DNA from: Candidatus Latescibacterota bacterium | Lineage (GTDB): Bacteria > Latescibacterota > CBDEFO01 | Assembly: GCA_965237525.1 (NCBI GenBank) | Contig: CBDEFO010000003.1 | Span: forward strand, 128,001 to 192,000 | Direction: 5' to 3' | DNA: 64,000 nt | Shown here: in pieces, positions 61,651 to 64,000 of the stretch | How the letters are laid out: every line of letters begins with the position of its first letter | How positions within the stretch are numbered: position 1 is the stretch's first letter | Position numbers and translations under genes: made by a program | The notes under the pieces: model-generated | Databases searched by the model: none | What the model saw: only the letters and a program-made list of their open reading frames with translations | What the model was told of the DNA's origin: nothing

Positions 61651-61714
61651 GACGGGAGAGGTGCCCCTGTCTACCCCCATAGATTCAATCAGAGGTCTAC
61701 GCTTTGCTGTCTAC
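61651..61714 (-). repeat. family A element carrying a family D palindrome
   Basis: GGGAGAGGTGCCCCTGTCTA CCCCCATAGATTCAATCAGAGG TCTAC...GCTGTCTAC. Confidence 0.75.
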
Positions 61715-61953
61715 CTGATTTCTCCGTCGTATCCTCTTTTTGCCCTCCTGACGATCACAAAATACAAGATGATGCCCACAAAGAGTCCGAGCACATAGAG
61801 CCCCGTCGCGCCGACGCTTTCGGTAAAATGTTTTACTGCCATTCCGCCGACGAACATCGGAATTACGGTGATCATTATCTTTGCAGTCGAATCGCCAAAT
61901 TTCGGAGCCAGGTATCCGATCAGGCCGAAGGTGATCGAAGCGATTATGATCAT
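61711..61953 (-). CDS. small hypothetical membrane protein (possibly the 3' part of a decayed gene)
   Basis: 80 aa, three hydrophobic segments; in-frame TAA three codons upstream. Confidence 0.5.
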   Translation of the reverse strand: MIIIASITFGLIGYLAPKFGDSTAKIMITVIPMFVGGMAVKHFTESVGATGLYVLGLFVGIILYFVIVRRAKRGYDGEIR

Positions 61954-62172
61954 TTTCTTTTATTCCCAGAAGGGGATCTGGCGGACTGTCTTTTAAGTCT
62001 TTGATTCACAATGTAAGGATGAGGAATATAGCGGCGCAGATATTCGAGCGCCCTCAATAGAGCGCGTTCTTTTCGCTCATTCTGGAGGGACTCTTGCTGT
62101 TCTTCAATACCTTTACCCTTCTTGCCTTTCGAAGATAACATTGCAACGTCCCTTTCGCTGTGAACGTTTTTC

Positions 62173-63087
62173 TCAATTAAAAAGCCTTTCAATAGAGTCC
62201 AGCATTTCGCGCGCGTCTTCGTATCCCATATTCAGCGTTTCGACTATCTTTTTTCGGTCCTTCGTTATTTTACCTGCAGGCGGCTTAGCCTTGGGACGCA
62301 ATACTACGGTACTTTTTTCACCTCCATTCGGCAGTAGAGTCCCAGCCTCTCGTTGAGATATGTAATTAATCGTTTCATTGTACATAATGTGTCTGTTCTG
62401 TATGGCCCTCATAACCCCAACCGATGCGTTCTTGAAGTAATTTCTAAATATCAAGAGTTCTGCATCTGATAGTCTCTTCTTCTTGTACCCCTTCATCTGT
62501 GTCAGTACAATAAGAAGGTGTGTGCATCCCAAGTCCAGGGCCTTCTTGACGGGTATGACGTCGGCTATGCCTCCATCTGTGTAGAAGGCTCCATCTATTT
62601 CAACTTCCGAGGGACAGGCTCCCGGAAGCGAAAGACAGGCGTAGATTACCTTAAGCAGATCCTCACTTCGGTTTGTGAAATATACCGGTTCTCCCGTCCG
62701 TGCATCGGCAACAGTAAAAAAGCATTCGATGTTGGAGCCCTTGACCTCCTCAAGGCGAAGGGGAACCCTCTCGGCAAAGACTTTATAGACCAGGTAATCC
62801 AGGTTCAGCAGGGGATATTCTTTGTATCTTTGCGTAAGACCGCAGATCAGATTGGAATATCTGACGAATCTGTCCCCGTGCAGGTGGTTCTCCCATATTT
62901 CGACCATGTCATCGTACTGCCCGCTGGAAAAGTAGGCCAAAGTAGGGACGCTTGATGACGTCGCAAAGGCATAGTTAAACCCTGTAAGACCATTTTGGGA
63001 AAGGGCCTTCAAGACGCCGACGACGTACGCGCCTCTGAGCCCGCCGCCTTCCAAGACTAAACCGATTCTTTTGGTCGAATCGTTCAT
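62173..63087 (-). CDS. patatin-like phospholipase family protein
   Basis: LVLEGGGLRG, ATSSS in the GxSxG position, DGG. Confidence 0.85.
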   Translation of the reverse strand: MNDSTKRIGLVLEGGGLRGAYVVGVLKALSQNGLTGFNYAFATSSSVPTLAYFSSGQYDDMVEIWENHLHGDRFVRYSNLICGLTQRYKEYPLLNLDYLVYKVFAERVPLRLEEVKGSNIECFFTVADARTGEPVYFTNRSEDLLKVIYACLSLPGACPSEVEIDGAFYTDGGIADVIPVKKALDLGCTHLLIVLTQMKGYKKKRLSDAELLIFRNYFKNASVGVMRAIQNRHIMYNETINYISQREAGTLLPNGGEKSTVVLRPKAKPPAGKITKDRKKIVETLNMGYEDAREMLDSIERLFN

Positions 63088-63093
63088 AGATCT

Positions 63094-64000
63094 CTATTTT
63101 TGATAAAGCTTCACAGCCTGCCCCGTCCGCGCCGATCGATAAGCCGCTTCCACTACTTCCACCACATCCAGGCCATGGGTTGCGGGCGATAAGGGCTCCG
63201 CTTTCCCAAGTATGACATCCAGGAAATTGGCCACCGGCCCCTCCACCTGCCTCATATCCGATTCTTCGAGCGTCACCGGGGACGATCCGGACTTTTGGAA
63301 CGTAACTCTAAAGGGGAGTCCCTCTACCTCAAGGGTGCCTTCAGAACCGAAGTAGCTCTTCTGCACTCTGCGGTCGATTATTTCGCTATCTCCTACTCCC
63401 AGAATAGAACAGATCGAACCGTTCTCCATTTTCATAGATACGGCAGAACGCATATCCATATCCGGATTGTCCATAAAGGCGTAAACTTCCACTGGCCTTA
63501 GGCCGGTCGTCCACAGAACCTCCGAAACAAGGTGCGAAGCGCCGTCTATGAAGTACCCTCCGCCGCTCAAGGAGGAATCGGCTCTGTAGAGCGTAGGAGG
63601 GACGACTCCCGGAAGCGATTCGGGAGCAGGGACCTTTCCGAAGACATGTCCTACGTTGCCCATCCAACTTAACTCTAGAGCCTCTATCTTTCCTAACTCG
63701 CCAGATTCAATAAGCTCCTTAACATACTTTGTATGAGCCCCGTAAGGGGGATTCAGAGCCACTATAAGAACTGATCCCATCCCATCTGAAAGCTCTACGA
63801 GCCTTTTGGCTTCATCAGAGGTTAAGGTCATCGGCTTTTCTAATAAAACGTGCAGGCCTCCTTCCAGGGCTAATACCGTCTGTTCGTAGTGCAGCGATGG
63901 AGGCGTGACGATCACAACAGCGTCCATTTCCACCGACTCGATCATCTCTTTGTAATCGGTGAATGTGCGCTCCACACCGAAGTGATCGGCCATCTTTTTG
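63094..64000 (-). CDS. Gfo/Idh/MocA-family oxidoreductase (5' end outside the window)
   Basis: DAVVIVTP, LHVLLEKPM, GGG.FIDGASH, EAAYRSA. Confidence 0.9.
   Translation of the reverse strand, partial: KKMADHFGVERTFTDYKEMIESVEMDAVVIVTPPSLHYEQTVLALEGGLHVLLEKPMTLTSDEAKRLVELSDGMGSVLIVALNPPYGAHTKYVKELIESGELGKIEALELSWMGNVGHVFGKVPAPESLPGVVPPTLYRADSSLSGGGYFIDGASHLVSEVLWTTGLRPVEVYAFMDNPDMDMRSAVSMKMENGSICSILGVGDSEIIDRRVQKSYFGSEGTLEVEGLPFRVTFQKSGSSPVTLEESDMRQVEGPVANFLDVILGKAEPLSPATHGLDVVEVVEAAYRSARTGQAVKLYQK

Noticed and set aside
15376..61714. Heptamer repeats as a CRISPR array
   Set aside because: Copies are dispersed and degenerate, with no regular repeat-spacer periodicity and no cas genes.

Overview
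Bacterial chromosomal segment, almost entirely minus-strand encoded, of moderate GC. Gene order and protein style suggest an FCB-related or candidate-phylum organism (inference only). The core (12.8-46.6 kb) is one continuous translation/transcription supercluster. In transcription order it runs tRNA-Tyr/Gly/Thr, rpmG, tRNA-Trp, secE, nusG, rplK-A-J-L, rpoBC, rpsL-rpsG-fusA-tuf, then the S10, spc and alpha operons and rlmD. The left flank holds an edge-truncated UvrD-type helicase (absent from the ORF track) just behind tRNA-Leu(CAA), nfeD-floA, an SGNH plus GT-C/TPR pair, an orphan DNA methyltransferase, and a plus-strand lipoprotein-lipoprotein-MoaD unit. The right flank holds rph, a DnaC-like ATPase, an amidase, smpB, a decayed hyi-like gene split by an IS1182-family element (13-bp TIRs, TTAG TSD), a Grx-TrxR fusion, lutABC with two inserted genes, a CPBP protease, an ABC ATPase, a patatin and an oxidoreductase. 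Two signals stand out. (1) At least four families of tiny palindromic elements, some nested, have colonised the normally tight spacers of the ribosomal supercluster. The commonest has AGTAGAC heptamer arms; it overlaps several stop codons and encodes the end of the SmpB tail. (2) Core proteins carry substitutions at normally near-invariant antibiotic-binding positions: S12 K42R/R85H/P90A, RpoB D516A/S522D, EF-G H457Q and neighbours, S5 loop 2, and L11 G25A. Residue numbering comes from manual motif alignment; no searches were run.
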